NCBI GenBank assembly: GCA_027489135.1 | Contig: JAIYAI010000286.1 | Location: 1-33,201, forward strand | Reading direction: 5' to 3' | DNA length: 33,201 bases | Origin: Acetobacteraceae bacterium | GTDB lineage: Bacteria; Pseudomonadota; Alphaproteobacteria; Acetobacterales; Acetobacteraceae | In this document: positions 18,913 through 26,605 of the stretch, piece by piece | Layout: every line of letters starts with the position of its first letter | How positions within the stretch are numbered: position 1 is the stretch's first letter | The notes under the pieces: generated by a model | Told to the model about the DNA's origin: nothing | What the model saw: only the letters and a program-made list of their open reading frames with translations | Databases searched by the model: none | Made by a program: the position numbers and the translations under genes

Positions 18913-19634
18913 TGACCGAGACTGCGCTGATCGAGGCCCGGTTCCGCGGCCCGGACGGCATCGGCAATGGTGGCTATGTCGCCGGCGTCATGGCGGGGCT
19001 GCTCGGCAACCAGCCCGTGGAGACGACGCTGCGCCGCGGCTGGCCGCTCGGCGTGCCGCTGACGGTGCATCGCCATCCCGATCACGTCGCCGCACTGGAC
19101 ACGGAAGGGACGGTGATCGCGGAGGCGCGAGAGGTGCCGTTCGACCTCGAGGTCCCGCCGGCGCCTACGCGGGCCGAGGCGCAGGCGGCGACGGACTGGT
19201 TCCTCGCCAGCCCCTTCAGCCATTCGACCGGCCTCTGCTTCGTCTGCGGCTCCGCCCAGCCCGAGGGCGTGGGGCTGCGTGTCTTCACCGGCGCGGTACC
19301 GGGCCGGCCCGGCATCGCCGCCGCGGTCTGGCGACCCCATGCGACCTATGCCGACGAGAGCGGCCATGTGCGCCCCGTCTATCTCTGGAGCGCGCTCGAC
19401 TGCGCCGGATCCTTCGCCTTCACCGTCGGCACGGGGCCGGGGCGGATGCTGCTGGGGCGGATGGCGGGGCGGCTGGACGGCAGGGTGCGGGTGGGCGAGG
19501 CCTGCATCGTCATGGGCTGGCAGATCGCACGCGATGGCCGGAAGCTGACGGCCGGCACCGCGATCTTCGGCGAGGATGGCGGCCTGTGCGGGGTCGCCCG
19601 CGCCCTCTGGGTCACGCCGCTGCAGGCCACATAG
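18912..19634 (+). CDS. Hotdog-fold/thioesterase-like protein (tentative)
   Basis: 240 aa. The ATG overlaps the SDR stop as ATGA at 18910-18914. GIGNGGYVAGVMAG resembles the hGGY motif of thioesterase-like proteins. CFVCGSAQPEGVGLRV resembles the PaaI-type CFGCG..NP.GL segment. The family call rests on weak motifs only. Confidence 0.55.
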   Translation: MTETALIEARFRGPDGIGNGGYVAGVMAGLLGNQPVETTLRRGWPLGVPLTVHRHPDHVAALDTEGTVIAEAREVPFDLEVPPAPTRAEAQAATDWFLASPFSHSTGLCFVCGSAQPEGVGLRVFTGAVPGRPGIAAAVWRPHATYADESGHVRPVYLWSALDCAGSFAFTVGTGPGRMLLGRMAGRLDGRVRVGEACIVMGWQIARDGRKLTAGTAIFGEDGGLCGVARALWVTPLQAT

Positions 19635-19700
19635 GGGCTTGGCGCGCGGCCGGCTTCGGCGGAGGATGCTGCATCGCAGCACAACCCGGAGAGCCACCGC

Positions 19701-20555
19701 ATGGGCAGGATCCTGACCGCCGCGCAGGTCGAGGCCTACGAGCGCGACGGCTTCGTCACCCCGCTGCGCGCCGTCGATGCGGCGCAGGCCGGGCGCTGGC
19801 GCGCCGATCTCGAACAGAGCGTGCGCGCCTTCGATGCGGCGAACCCCGCGGTTGCGGGGCGGCGCCAGGCCTCCTCGCGCGTGAAGCCCTACCTGCTGTT
19901 CCGCTGGGCGGCGGAGATGGTGCGCAACGCGGCGATCCTCGACGCGGTCGAGGACCTGGTCGGGCCCGACATCCTGGTCTTCCACACCACGCTGTGGTGG
20001 AAGCCGGCGGGCACCGAGAACTACGTCCCCTGGCACCAGGACGGCACCTATTTCGGCCTCGCCCCCTTCGAGCACGTCACCGCCTGGGTCGCGCTGAGCC
20101 CGAGCACGGAGGAGAGTGGCTGCGTCACCATCCTGCCCGGCACGCACCGGGACGGGCAGTTGCCGCACTACGACGCGCCGGATCCGAAGGCGATGCTGTC
20201 GCGGGGGCAGACGCTGAAGGCGGTACCCGATTCGTCGCGCGCCGTGCCCATCCCGTTGCGACCCGGCGAGTTCTCGCTGCACCACACGATGGTGATGCAT
20301 TCGTCGGCGCCGAACCGCAGTGCCGATGACCGGATCGGCCTCGGCATCAGCTACATCCCGGCCCGCGTGCGGCACGTGGGCGAGACGCGGCTGTCGGCGA
20401 CGCTGGTGCGCGGCGCCAACACGCATGACCACTTCGACCTGGAGCCTGAGCCCGTATCTGACATGGACGCCGCGGCGGTCGCCGCGCATGCCGACAGCAT
20501 CGCGCGCTTCTGGACGGCGAGCGAGTCGATCCCGGAGATGTCGCTGGTCCACTAG
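19701..20555 (+). CDS. Phytanoyl-CoA dioxygenase (PhyH) family Fe(II)/2-oxoglutarate oxygenase
   Basis: HxD in VPWHQDGTYFG, a distal His in HHTMVMHSSAPNRS, and a PhyH-type N-terminus LTAAQVEAYERDGFV. GGAGAG RBS 7 nt upstream. Confidence 0.8.
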   Translation: MGRILTAAQVEAYERDGFVTPLRAVDAAQAGRWRADLEQSVRAFDAANPAVAGRRQASSRVKPYLLFRWAAEMVRNAAILDAVEDLVGPDILVFHTTLWWKPAGTENYVPWHQDGTYFGLAPFEHVTAWVALSPSTEESGCVTILPGTHRDGQLPHYDAPDPKAMLSRGQTLKAVPDSSRAVPIPLRPGEFSLHHTMVMHSSAPNRSADDRIGLGISYIPARVRHVGETRLSATLVRGANTHDHFDLEPEPVSDMDAAAVAAHADSIARFWTASESIPEMSLVH

Positions 20556-20561
20556 GCCCTG

Positions 20562-20576
20562 CCGTCCGCAGGACGG
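20562..20576 (+). terminator. Short hairpin CCGTCC-GCA-GGACGG 6 nt after the PhyH-family stop
   Basis: 6-bp stem and 3-nt loop seen directly. No U-tract. Confidence 0.2.
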
Positions 20577-20723
20577 AGCCGACATCGGTTGGCCGGCATG
20601 GGCCTGCCGCATGGCTACCGCGGGCGCGCAATCCCGTGCCGGCGATGCTGCCCTGGAGCGCGATCGCCGACGGCGGACTCACCAAAGGCGTGAAGCACGC
20701 GATACATCAGACGCCATGACCAC

Positions 20724-20749
20724 GATCCGCGCGTCAGCGCGCGCGGATC
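20724..20749 (-). terminator. GC-rich hairpin (10-bp stem GATCCGCGCG/CGCGCGGATC, 6-nt loop) 6 nt downstream of the TauD-like stop
   Basis: A perfect inverted repeat read directly in the sequence. No U-tract follows on the minus strand, so a terminator role is tentative. It shares its core with the element at 23778-23805. Confidence 0.35.
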
Positions 20750-20755
20750 ACGGTT

Positions 20756-21685
20756 TCAGGGGCCTGCCAGGATCGGCTGCCTGGCGATGCCGCTGCGGTG
20801 GCTTGCCGACGCGGTCCGGCTCCCCGGGGTCGCGAGCCAGAGCCGCAGCAGCGCCCGCTCGCCCTCCACCGGTGCCGCGGTGCCGGCGCGTTTCCACACC
20901 AGCCGCGGGTTGCGGAACAGCAGGTCGCCCGGATTCAGCGACATGGTCAGCGCCAGTCCGGGCGCCGTGACCGCCGTCTCCATCGCGGTCAACGCGGCGC
21001 GATGCTCGTCGGTCATCGCCGACTCGTGGATCGCGTCGTGGTCGCAGTGGCTGACGAAGGCGCCGTCGACGGTCGAGAAGACCGGTGCCATGACCGGGCC
21101 CTCCTCCACCCTGTCCCCGGACACCCGGTCCGGCGCTGCCCCGCGGTGCGGCAGCCCCTTGTGCAGCGTGAGCAGCGCGGCGCGGTCGGACTTCAGCAGG
21201 GCGTTATGGATCGCCGGCGCGGAGAGCAGCGTCACGCTGCCGCCCGGCGCCACCTGGCGCAGGCAGAACAGCACCACCGCATCCGCGGGATCGGCATGGA
21301 AGCGCATCGGTGTGCCGAGCGGCGTCACCGCCTCGCCAGCCTGCGTGGCCACCTGCCTGCCCTCCGCATCCTGCGGCAGCGGCCTGCCGAGCCAGCCGCC
21401 GATCGCGCCGAGCAGCGCCTCGGCCGCGCCCGGTGCGTCGAAGCGGCCGAGCGGCAGGCCGCGCAGCAGCACGAAGCCGCGACCGGCGTCCAGCCGCCGT
21501 GTCACCTCGGACAGCAGCGCCGAGAGACGGAGGGAGGGGGCGGCGCCGGATTGCGCGATGGCGGCGGCGAGGTCCGCGGCTTCATCGCCACCCACGGGCA
21601 GCATCCAGTCGGCCGGTGTGAGGTCGGCGCCGCGCCATGTGGCGGGCCCCGCCTGGGGGGTGAGGCGGAGGGGGGGCAGGATCAT
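20756..21685 (-). CDS. TauD/TfdA (clavaminate synthase-like) family protein
   Basis: GFVLLRGLP and RFHADPAD (HxD) motifs, with overall TauD-like organisation. I chose the start at 21685 (MILPPLRL) but the RBS is weak, so the start is uncertain. Confidence 0.7.
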   Translation of the reverse strand: MILPPLRLTPQAGPATWRGADLTPADWMLPVGGDEAADLAAAIAQSGAAPSLRLSALLSEVTRRLDAGRGFVLLRGLPLGRFDAPGAAEALLGAIGGWLGRPLPQDAEGRQVATQAGEAVTPLGTPMRFHADPADAVVLFCLRQVAPGGSVTLLSAPAIHNALLKSDRAALLTLHKGLPHRGAAPDRVSGDRVEEGPVMAPVFSTVDGAFVSHCDHDAIHESAMTDEHRAALTAMETAVTAPGLALTMSLNPGDLLFRNPRLVWKRAGTAAPVEGERALLRLWLATPGSRTASASHRSGIARQPILAGP

Positions 21686-21828
21686 GTCGGAAAAGCCTAG
21701 CAGCCCTGTCGGGGAAAGGGCGAGGAAAAGCTGCAACCGTAAGGACCCGCGTCTTCGGGGATCTTCGCCCCTTGCCGCTCCCGGGATGCGGCAGCACCCT
21801 GCGTGCGCCGTTCCGCCGGAGAGACCCG
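21686..21828. promoter_or_regulatory. Divergent promoter region between TauD-like and M20 peptidase genes
   Basis: A 143-bp spacer between divergent starts. No boxes assigned. Confidence 0.4.
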
Positions 21829-22965
21829 ATGACCGAACCCGCCCTCGACCTGCCTTTCGACGCCGAGACCATCGTCGCCGGCCTGCGTGCCTGGGTCGAA
21901 TGCGAGAGCCCGACCTTCGACGCCGCTGCGGTCGCGCGCATGATGGATCTCGCGGCGCGCGACCTCGCGCTGCTCGGTGCGCAGGTGGAGGTGATCCCCG
22001 GCCGCATGGGCTACGGCCCCTGCGTGCGGGCGAGCTTTCCGCACTCCGACCGGGGCCGCGTGCCCGGCGTGCTGGTGATGGGCCACCTCGACACGGTGCA
22101 TCCCGTCGGCACGATCGGCACGCTGGCCTGGAAGCGCGAGGGCAACCGGGTCTACGGCCCCGGCATCTTCGACATGAAGGGCGGCAACTTCATCGCGCTG
22201 GAGGCGATCCGCCAGCTTCTCCGCGCCGGCATCGCGACGAAGCGCCCGGTGACGGTGCTGTTCACGCCGGACGAGGAGGTGGGGTCCCCCTCGACCCGCG
22301 ACCTGATCGAGGCCGAGGCGTCGCGGCACGCGATCGTCCTGGTGCCGGAGCCCGCGCGGCCCGATGGCGGCGTGGTGACCGGACGCTACGCCATCGCGCG
22401 CTTCAACCTGCGCGCCGTCGGCAAGCCGAGCCATGCCGGCGCGCGCCTCGCCGACGGGCGCAGCGCGATCCGCGAGATGTGCCGCCAGGTCGTGGCGATC
22501 GAGGCGATGACCAGTGACGACGTCACCTACTCCGTCGGCGTCATCCATGGCGGGCAATGGGTGAACTGCGTCGCAACCTATTGCGACGCGGAGAGCCTCT
22601 CCATGGCCAAGCGCCAGGCCGATCTCGACGAGGCGGTGGAGAAGATGCTGGCGTTGCGCCCGACCGGCAACGACGTGCAGCTCATTGTCACGCGCGGCGT
22701 CACGCGCCCCGTGTGGGAGCCGGACGAGAAGGTGATGGCGCTCTACGCCACGGCGCGAGGCATCGCCAACCGCATCGGCTTCGACATCACCTCGCAGAGC
22801 TCGGGCGGTGGCTCGGACGGCAACTTCACCGGCGCGATGGGCATCACGACGCTCGACGGGCTCGGCGTCGGCGGCGCGGGGGCGCATACGCTGGAAGAGC
22901 ACATCACCGTCGAGAGCCTGGTGCCGCGGGCCAAGCTGCTGGCCGGGCTGCTGCAGGTGGTATAG
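21829..22965 (+). CDS. M20 family metallopeptidase (glutamate carboxypeptidase CPG2-like)
   Basis: Motifs GHLDTVHP, GPGIFDMKGG and TPDEEVGS. ATG at 21829 is preceded by GGAGAG. The ORF-track TTG at 21772 is less likely. Confidence 0.85.
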   Translation: MTEPALDLPFDAETIVAGLRAWVECESPTFDAAAVARMMDLAARDLALLGAQVEVIPGRMGYGPCVRASFPHSDRGRVPGVLVMGHLDTVHPVGTIGTLAWKREGNRVYGPGIFDMKGGNFIALEAIRQLLRAGIATKRPVTVLFTPDEEVGSPSTRDLIEAEASRHAIVLVPEPARPDGGVVTGRYAIARFNLRAVGKPSHAGARLADGRSAIREMCRQVVAIEAMTSDDVTYSVGVIHGGQWVNCVATYCDAESLSMAKRQADLDEAVEKMLALRPTGNDVQLIVTRGVTRPVWEPDEKVMALYATARGIANRIGFDITSQSSGGGSDGNFTGAMGITTLDGLGVGGAGAHTLEEHITVESLVPRAKLLAGLLQVV

Positions 22966-22991
22966 GCCGCGTCCAACTCCGGGGACTCCAG

Positions 22992-23273
22992 ATGATCCGC
23001 AGCCTTTCGCTCGGCGCCAGCCTGTTCGCCATGGTCGCCTGCGCGCCCGAATTCGGCGCGCCGGATGTCTCGCGCGGTAGCGCCGATTCGCCGATGACGA
23101 TGCTGGTCGACCAGATGAACAACGGCACGCCGCGACAGGGCGGCGGCCAGAACATGATGGGCCCGTCGGATTGGCGCCGCAGCCAGGGCACGGTCACGCG
23201 CGCACAGGCCGGGGCGTCGAATTTCGGCGGTGCCCAGCGCCCCATCCAGGCCTCGGGCGGCGAGAGCTTCTGA
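22992..23273 (+). CDS. Small putative lipoprotein, Gly/Gln/Asn-rich, unknown function
   Basis: 93 aa. MIRSLSLGASLFAMVAC is a signal peptide with a lipobox-like MVAC. GC3 bias is strong in this frame. I recognise no domain. Confidence 0.5.
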   Translation: MIRSLSLGASLFAMVACAPEFGAPDVSRGSADSPMTMLVDQMNNGTPRQGGGQNMMGPSDWRRSQGTVTRAQAGASNFGGAQRPIQASGGESF

Positions 23274-23277
23274 TTCG

Positions 23278-23697
23278 TCACGCCCCCCAGGGCGCCAGGG
23301 CGGCATGCAGCGGGGCGGGATCGAAGCCGCAGTCGCTGTAGCCCTTGGCCAGCCGCAACCGGTACTCGTCCGGCGGCGGCCCGGGACGCCCGGACACATC
23401 GTGATAGATCCAGGCCTCGGTCTCGCCATCGACGGGCGCCGGCAGGGCCAGCCGGTCACGGCGGTAGGCAATGGGGTGGCCCTCGAAGCGATCGAGTGCC
23501 TCCAGATGGGCCGGCGTGACGCGCCAGAGCGCGACCGGGCACAGCGCCCCGGCCTCGCGCTCGACGCCCGCATATTGCTGCAGGACCAGTCGCCAGCCCG
23601 GAAGCAGCAGCGTCGCGGCAAGGGTCGCGCCGGGACAGCGTGCCTGCATCTGCGCGTGCCAGAGGTTGCTGCCATAGGCGAGGTAGAGGGTGCTCAT
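23278..23697 (-). CDS. Gamma-glutamylcyclotransferase (GGCT/AIG2-like) family protein
   Basis: N-terminal LYLAYGSNLWHAQMQARCPGA (YGSNL...RCP signature) and LDRFEG with the candidate catalytic Glu. 139 aa. Confidence 0.8.
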   Translation of the reverse strand: MSTLYLAYGSNLWHAQMQARCPGATLAATLLLPGWRLVLQQYAGVEREAGALCPVALWRVTPAHLEALDRFEGHPIAYRRDRLALPAPVDGETEAWIYHDVSGRPGPPPDEYRLRLAKGYSDCGFDPAPLHAALAPWGA

Positions 23698-23726
23698 GCC
23701 GCGGCTTCTAGAGCGCGATCGTCCGA

Positions 23727-23754
23727 GGTGGAATCACCGAGGACGTGAATCACG
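23727..23754 (-). promoter_or_regulatory. Two adjacent small palindromes, GGTGGAATCACC and CGTGAATCACG, upstream of the GGCT-like gene (candidate operator)
   Basis: Direct reading shows a repeated GTG-(G)AAT-CAC core, 30-57 nt upstream of the start at 23697, in the least GC-rich spacer of the window. Confidence 0.2.
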
Positions 23755-23777
23755 CGACAAAACAACCGGATAGAGGC

Positions 23778-23805
23778 TGATCCGCGATTCAATGCGCGCG
23801 GATCA
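23778..23805 (-). terminator. Hairpin (9-bp stem TGATCCGCG/CGCGGATCA, 10-nt loop) 28 nt downstream of the antiporter stop
   Basis: A perfect inverted repeat. A weak T-rich stretch (GGTTGTTTTG) lies about 13 nt further on the minus strand. Not a canonical intrinsic terminator. Confidence 0.35.
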
Positions 23806-23832
23806 TGCTCTCAGCCGCGGCGGCGCACCGCG

Positions 23833-25104
23833 TCACGCATCCCTGTCCGGTGGCGGGCTCGGCTGCGCCGCGCGGCCGCGGTCGAACCGCCGCATCGCCG
23901 GCGTGACCGTCGTGCCGTGCAGCATGATGGAGACCAGCACCGTCAGCCCGAGCACGCCCCAGAGCCGCGCTGCCTCTGCCTCGAAGCCGCCCGCATGGTT
24001 CAGCGCATAGGCCAGGTAGTAGAAGCTGCCGAGCCCGCGGATGCCGAAGAAGGCGACGGCCGCGCGCTCCCCCCACGGACGCCCGCAGCCGAGCAGCGAG
24101 ACCCATCCCGCGACGGGCCTGACCAGGAAGAGGATCAGCAGCGCCGACGCCACCTCCCGCCAGCCCAGCCCGTCCAGCAGGCCGCCCGCCAGCGCGCCGC
24201 CGAAGAGCACCAGGATCACCATCATCAGCAGTCGCTCGGTCTGGTCGGCGAAGTCGTGCAGGCGCTCGTGGTAGGCATGCGCGCGCTCCGCCGCCCGGAC
24301 CGCCAGGGCTGCCAGGAAGACGGCGAGGAAGCCGTAGCCGCCCGCCATTTCCGTCGCGCCGTAGACCAGCAAGGTGACGCCGACCGCCACGAAGCCGTCC
24401 CCGGTGCGCGAGAGGCGGGCGCGGTTCGGCACGCGGAACATGGCCCAGCCCAGCACCCGGCCCAGCCCCCAGCCCAGCACCAGCCCGACGCCCAGCTTCC
24501 AGGCAAGGTCGTGCAGGGCCCAGTCCAGCAGCCAGGGTCCTGGCATCGCCGCGGCCCCGGCGGCGGCGATGGCGAGATGCACGAAGGGGAAGGCCAGGCC
24601 GTCGTTCAGCCCCGCCTCCGCGGTCAGGGTGAAGCGTACCTCATCCTCCTCGCCCGAGCCCGGCGGCCCGGCCTGAACGTCGGTCGCGAGCACCGGATCG
24701 GTCGGCGCCAGCGCCGCGCCCAGCAGCAGCGCCGCGGCGGCCGGCAGGCCCGCCAGAAAGCCCCCTACGAGCGCGATGCCGAGGATCGAGAGTGGCATGG
24801 CGATGCCGAGTAGCCGCCAGGCCAGCGCGCCGCTGGCGCGTGTCAGCGGCCGGTCGAGCTTCAGCCCCGCCCCGGTCAGCGCCACGATCACCACCAACTC
24901 GGTCAGCCGTTCCGTTGTCGCCGGGAACCGCTGCGGCAAAGGCGTCTCCGCCCCTGCGAGCGCGAAGCCGGCCCAGCCCAGGCCGACGCAGACCATCGGC
25001 AGCGAGAGCGGCCACTCCTTCAGCACCATCGGCAGCCAGGCAACCAGCAGGATCAAGAGGCCGAGGCCGGCCAGCAGGCCGATATAGGGATCGATCGCGT
25101 GCAC
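23833..25104 (-). CDS. Cation:proton antiporter (Na+/H+ exchanger family)
   Basis: Polytopic membrane protein with CPA-type segments such as LGAALAPTDPVLA and LTAEAGLNDGLAFPF. I chose the GTG at 25104 because AGGAGA lies 6 nt upstream. An alternative ATG is at 25149. Confidence 0.8.
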   Translation of the reverse strand: MHAIDPYIGLLAGLGLLILLVAWLPMVLKEWPLSLPMVCVGLGWAGFALAGAETPLPQRFPATTERLTELVVIVALTGAGLKLDRPLTRASGALAWRLLGIAMPLSILGIALVGGFLAGLPAAAALLLGAALAPTDPVLATDVQAGPPGSGEEDEVRFTLTAEAGLNDGLAFPFVHLAIAAAGAAAMPGPWLLDWALHDLAWKLGVGLVLGWGLGRVLGWAMFRVPNRARLSRTGDGFVAVGVTLLVYGATEMAGGYGFLAVFLAALAVRAAERAHAYHERLHDFADQTERLLMMVILVLFGGALAGGLLDGLGWREVASALLILFLVRPVAGWVSLLGCGRPWGERAAVAFFGIRGLGSFYYLAYALNHAGGFEAEAARLWGVLGLTVLVSIMLHGTTVTPAMRRFDRGRAAQPSPPPDRDA

Positions 25105-25198
25105 GCCGGCTCTCCTGCCGCATCGAGGGACAACGCGGGGGGCGGCCATGCGTCGCACGGGGTGGTCGGGCCGGCGACGGCCAGCGAGGATCGCGCCG
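25105..25198. promoter_or_regulatory. Divergent promoter region between antiporter and LctP-like permease genes
   Basis: A 94-bp spacer if the chosen starts are right. It shrinks to nothing if the alternative starts at 25149 and 25148 are used. Confidence 0.3.
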
Positions 25199-26596
25199 AT
25201 GATTCTCGCGCTCCAGGCCCTGCCGCTGGTGCTGCTGCTGGTCCTGCTCGGCACCGGCCGGGCGGGACCGGTCGGCGCCTGCCTCGTCGCGCTGGCGGCC
25301 GCGGTGCCGGCGGCGGCCGTGTCGCTCGCCGGCGGCGTGGGCGCGTTGCCGGAGATGCTGGTGCGCGAGGTGCTGCGCGGCGCCTGGCTGGCGCTTCAGC
25401 CGGTCGCGGTGGTGGCGGGCGGCCTGCTGTTCCACGCCGCGGTCTCGGCGGGGCAGGAGGACGCTGCGCCGCGCCCCGCCACCGCCGCGGCCGTCTTCGC
25501 CGTCACCCTGCCGCTCGGCGCCTTCCTGGAAAGCGTGACGGGCTTCGCCATCGGCGCCGTCTTCGCGCTGACGGCGCTCCGGGCGATGGGGATCGGCGGG
25601 GCGGTCGCGGTGGCGCTGGCGCTGCAGGCGCTGGTGCTGGTGCCGTGGGGCGGGCTTGGGCCCGGGACGGCGCTCGGGGCGGCGCTGGTCGGCCAGCCCG
25701 CGCAGGGCATCGCCATGGTCACGGCGTGGCCCTCCGCCGCCTGGATCATCCTGCTGGGGCCGCTGATCTGGTCGCTGACGGCGCGCGCCGGCATCCCCGT
25801 CCCGGGGCGGGAGAAGGCGGCGCAGATGGCGATGCTGGCGACGATCGCGGCCTTGCTGCTGCTCGGCAACCGCGTCCTCCCCTTCGAGGTGGTGGGCGTC
25901 GTTGCCACCGGCCCGGTGCTCGCCTGGGCGCTGAGGCGTGCCGATCCGCCGCGTGACCTTCGCGCCGCCTTCGCCGCCGCCGCGCCCTACCTGCTGCTGA
26001 CCGCCTGCCTCCTGCTCGCGCGCCTCTGGCGGGAGGCGCCAGGGCTCAGGCCATTTGTCGAGTTGCCCGGGATGCCGATCACCCATGTCGCGGTCGTGCT
26101 CTGGCTTGTTGCCGGCCTGCTGCTGCTGCGTCGGGCGGATGGCGCGGCGCGCGCGGCGTCGGCGTTGCGGCGGGCCGCGCGGCCGGCGCTGGCGATGCTG
26201 CTCTATGTCGTGCTGGGGCGGATCCTCGCTGGCGGCGGCGTCGCGGCGGGGCTGGCCACCGCGGCCGTCGCGGCGCTCGGGCCGCTCGCGCCCTATGCAG
26301 TGCCGCCGCTCGGGCTGCTCGCCGGCATGGTCACGGGCAGCAACGTCGGGGCCAATGCCGCGCTGACGCCGCTCCAGGCGCAGATCGGCGTGGCGAGCGG
26401 CCTGCCGCCCCTGCTGGCGCCCGGGGTGCACAACTTCACCGGCGCGGCGGGGGCGGGGATGAGCGTCGGTGTCACCGCCATGACCTGCGCGCTGCTCGGC
26501 GACGGCACGCGCCAGGCCCAGGTGTGGCGCCTGCTGCTGCCGTCCATGGCGATGGTGCTGGTGCTGGGTTGGGCTACGATTGCCCTGCTGCGCTGA
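25199..26596 (+). CDS. L-lactate permease (LctP) family transporter, short divergent member
   Basis: GAFLESVTGFAIGAV parallels LldP GAFLEGAAGFGAPVA. GMVTGSNVGANAALTPLQAQIG parallels LldP FLTGSDTSSNALFAALQ. Polytopic. An alternative start is at 25148. Confidence 0.75.
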   Translation: MILALQALPLVLLLVLLGTGRAGPVGACLVALAAAVPAAAVSLAGGVGALPEMLVREVLRGAWLALQPVAVVAGGLLFHAAVSAGQEDAAPRPATAAAVFAVTLPLGAFLESVTGFAIGAVFALTALRAMGIGGAVAVALALQALVLVPWGGLGPGTALGAALVGQPAQGIAMVTAWPSAAWIILLGPLIWSLTARAGIPVPGREKAAQMAMLATIAALLLLGNRVLPFEVVGVVATGPVLAWALRRADPPRDLRAAFAAAAPYLLLTACLLLARLWREAPGLRPFVELPGMPITHVAVVLWLVAGLLLLRRADGAARAASALRRAARPALAMLLYVVLGRILAGGGVAAGLATAAVAALGPLAPYAVPPLGLLAGMVTGSNVGANAALTPLQAQIGVASGLPPLLAPGVHNFTGAAGAGMSVGVTAMTCALLGDGTRQAQVWRLLLPSMAMVLVLGWATIALLR

Positions 26597-26605
26597 GGAG
26601 CGTCA

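Noticed and set aside
20598-20693. 31-aa ORF (MGLPHGYRGRAIPCRRCCPGARSPTADSPKA) in the 200-bp convergent spacer
   Set aside because: It has no RBS, only moderate GC3 bias and no recognisable features. It is too short to support from sequence alone.
24641-26431. 596-aa minus-strand ORF over the antiporter and permease region
   Set aside because: It is extremely Arg/Gly/Pro-rich and crosses the divergent spacer. Both real genes encode coherent polytopic membrane proteins in other frames.
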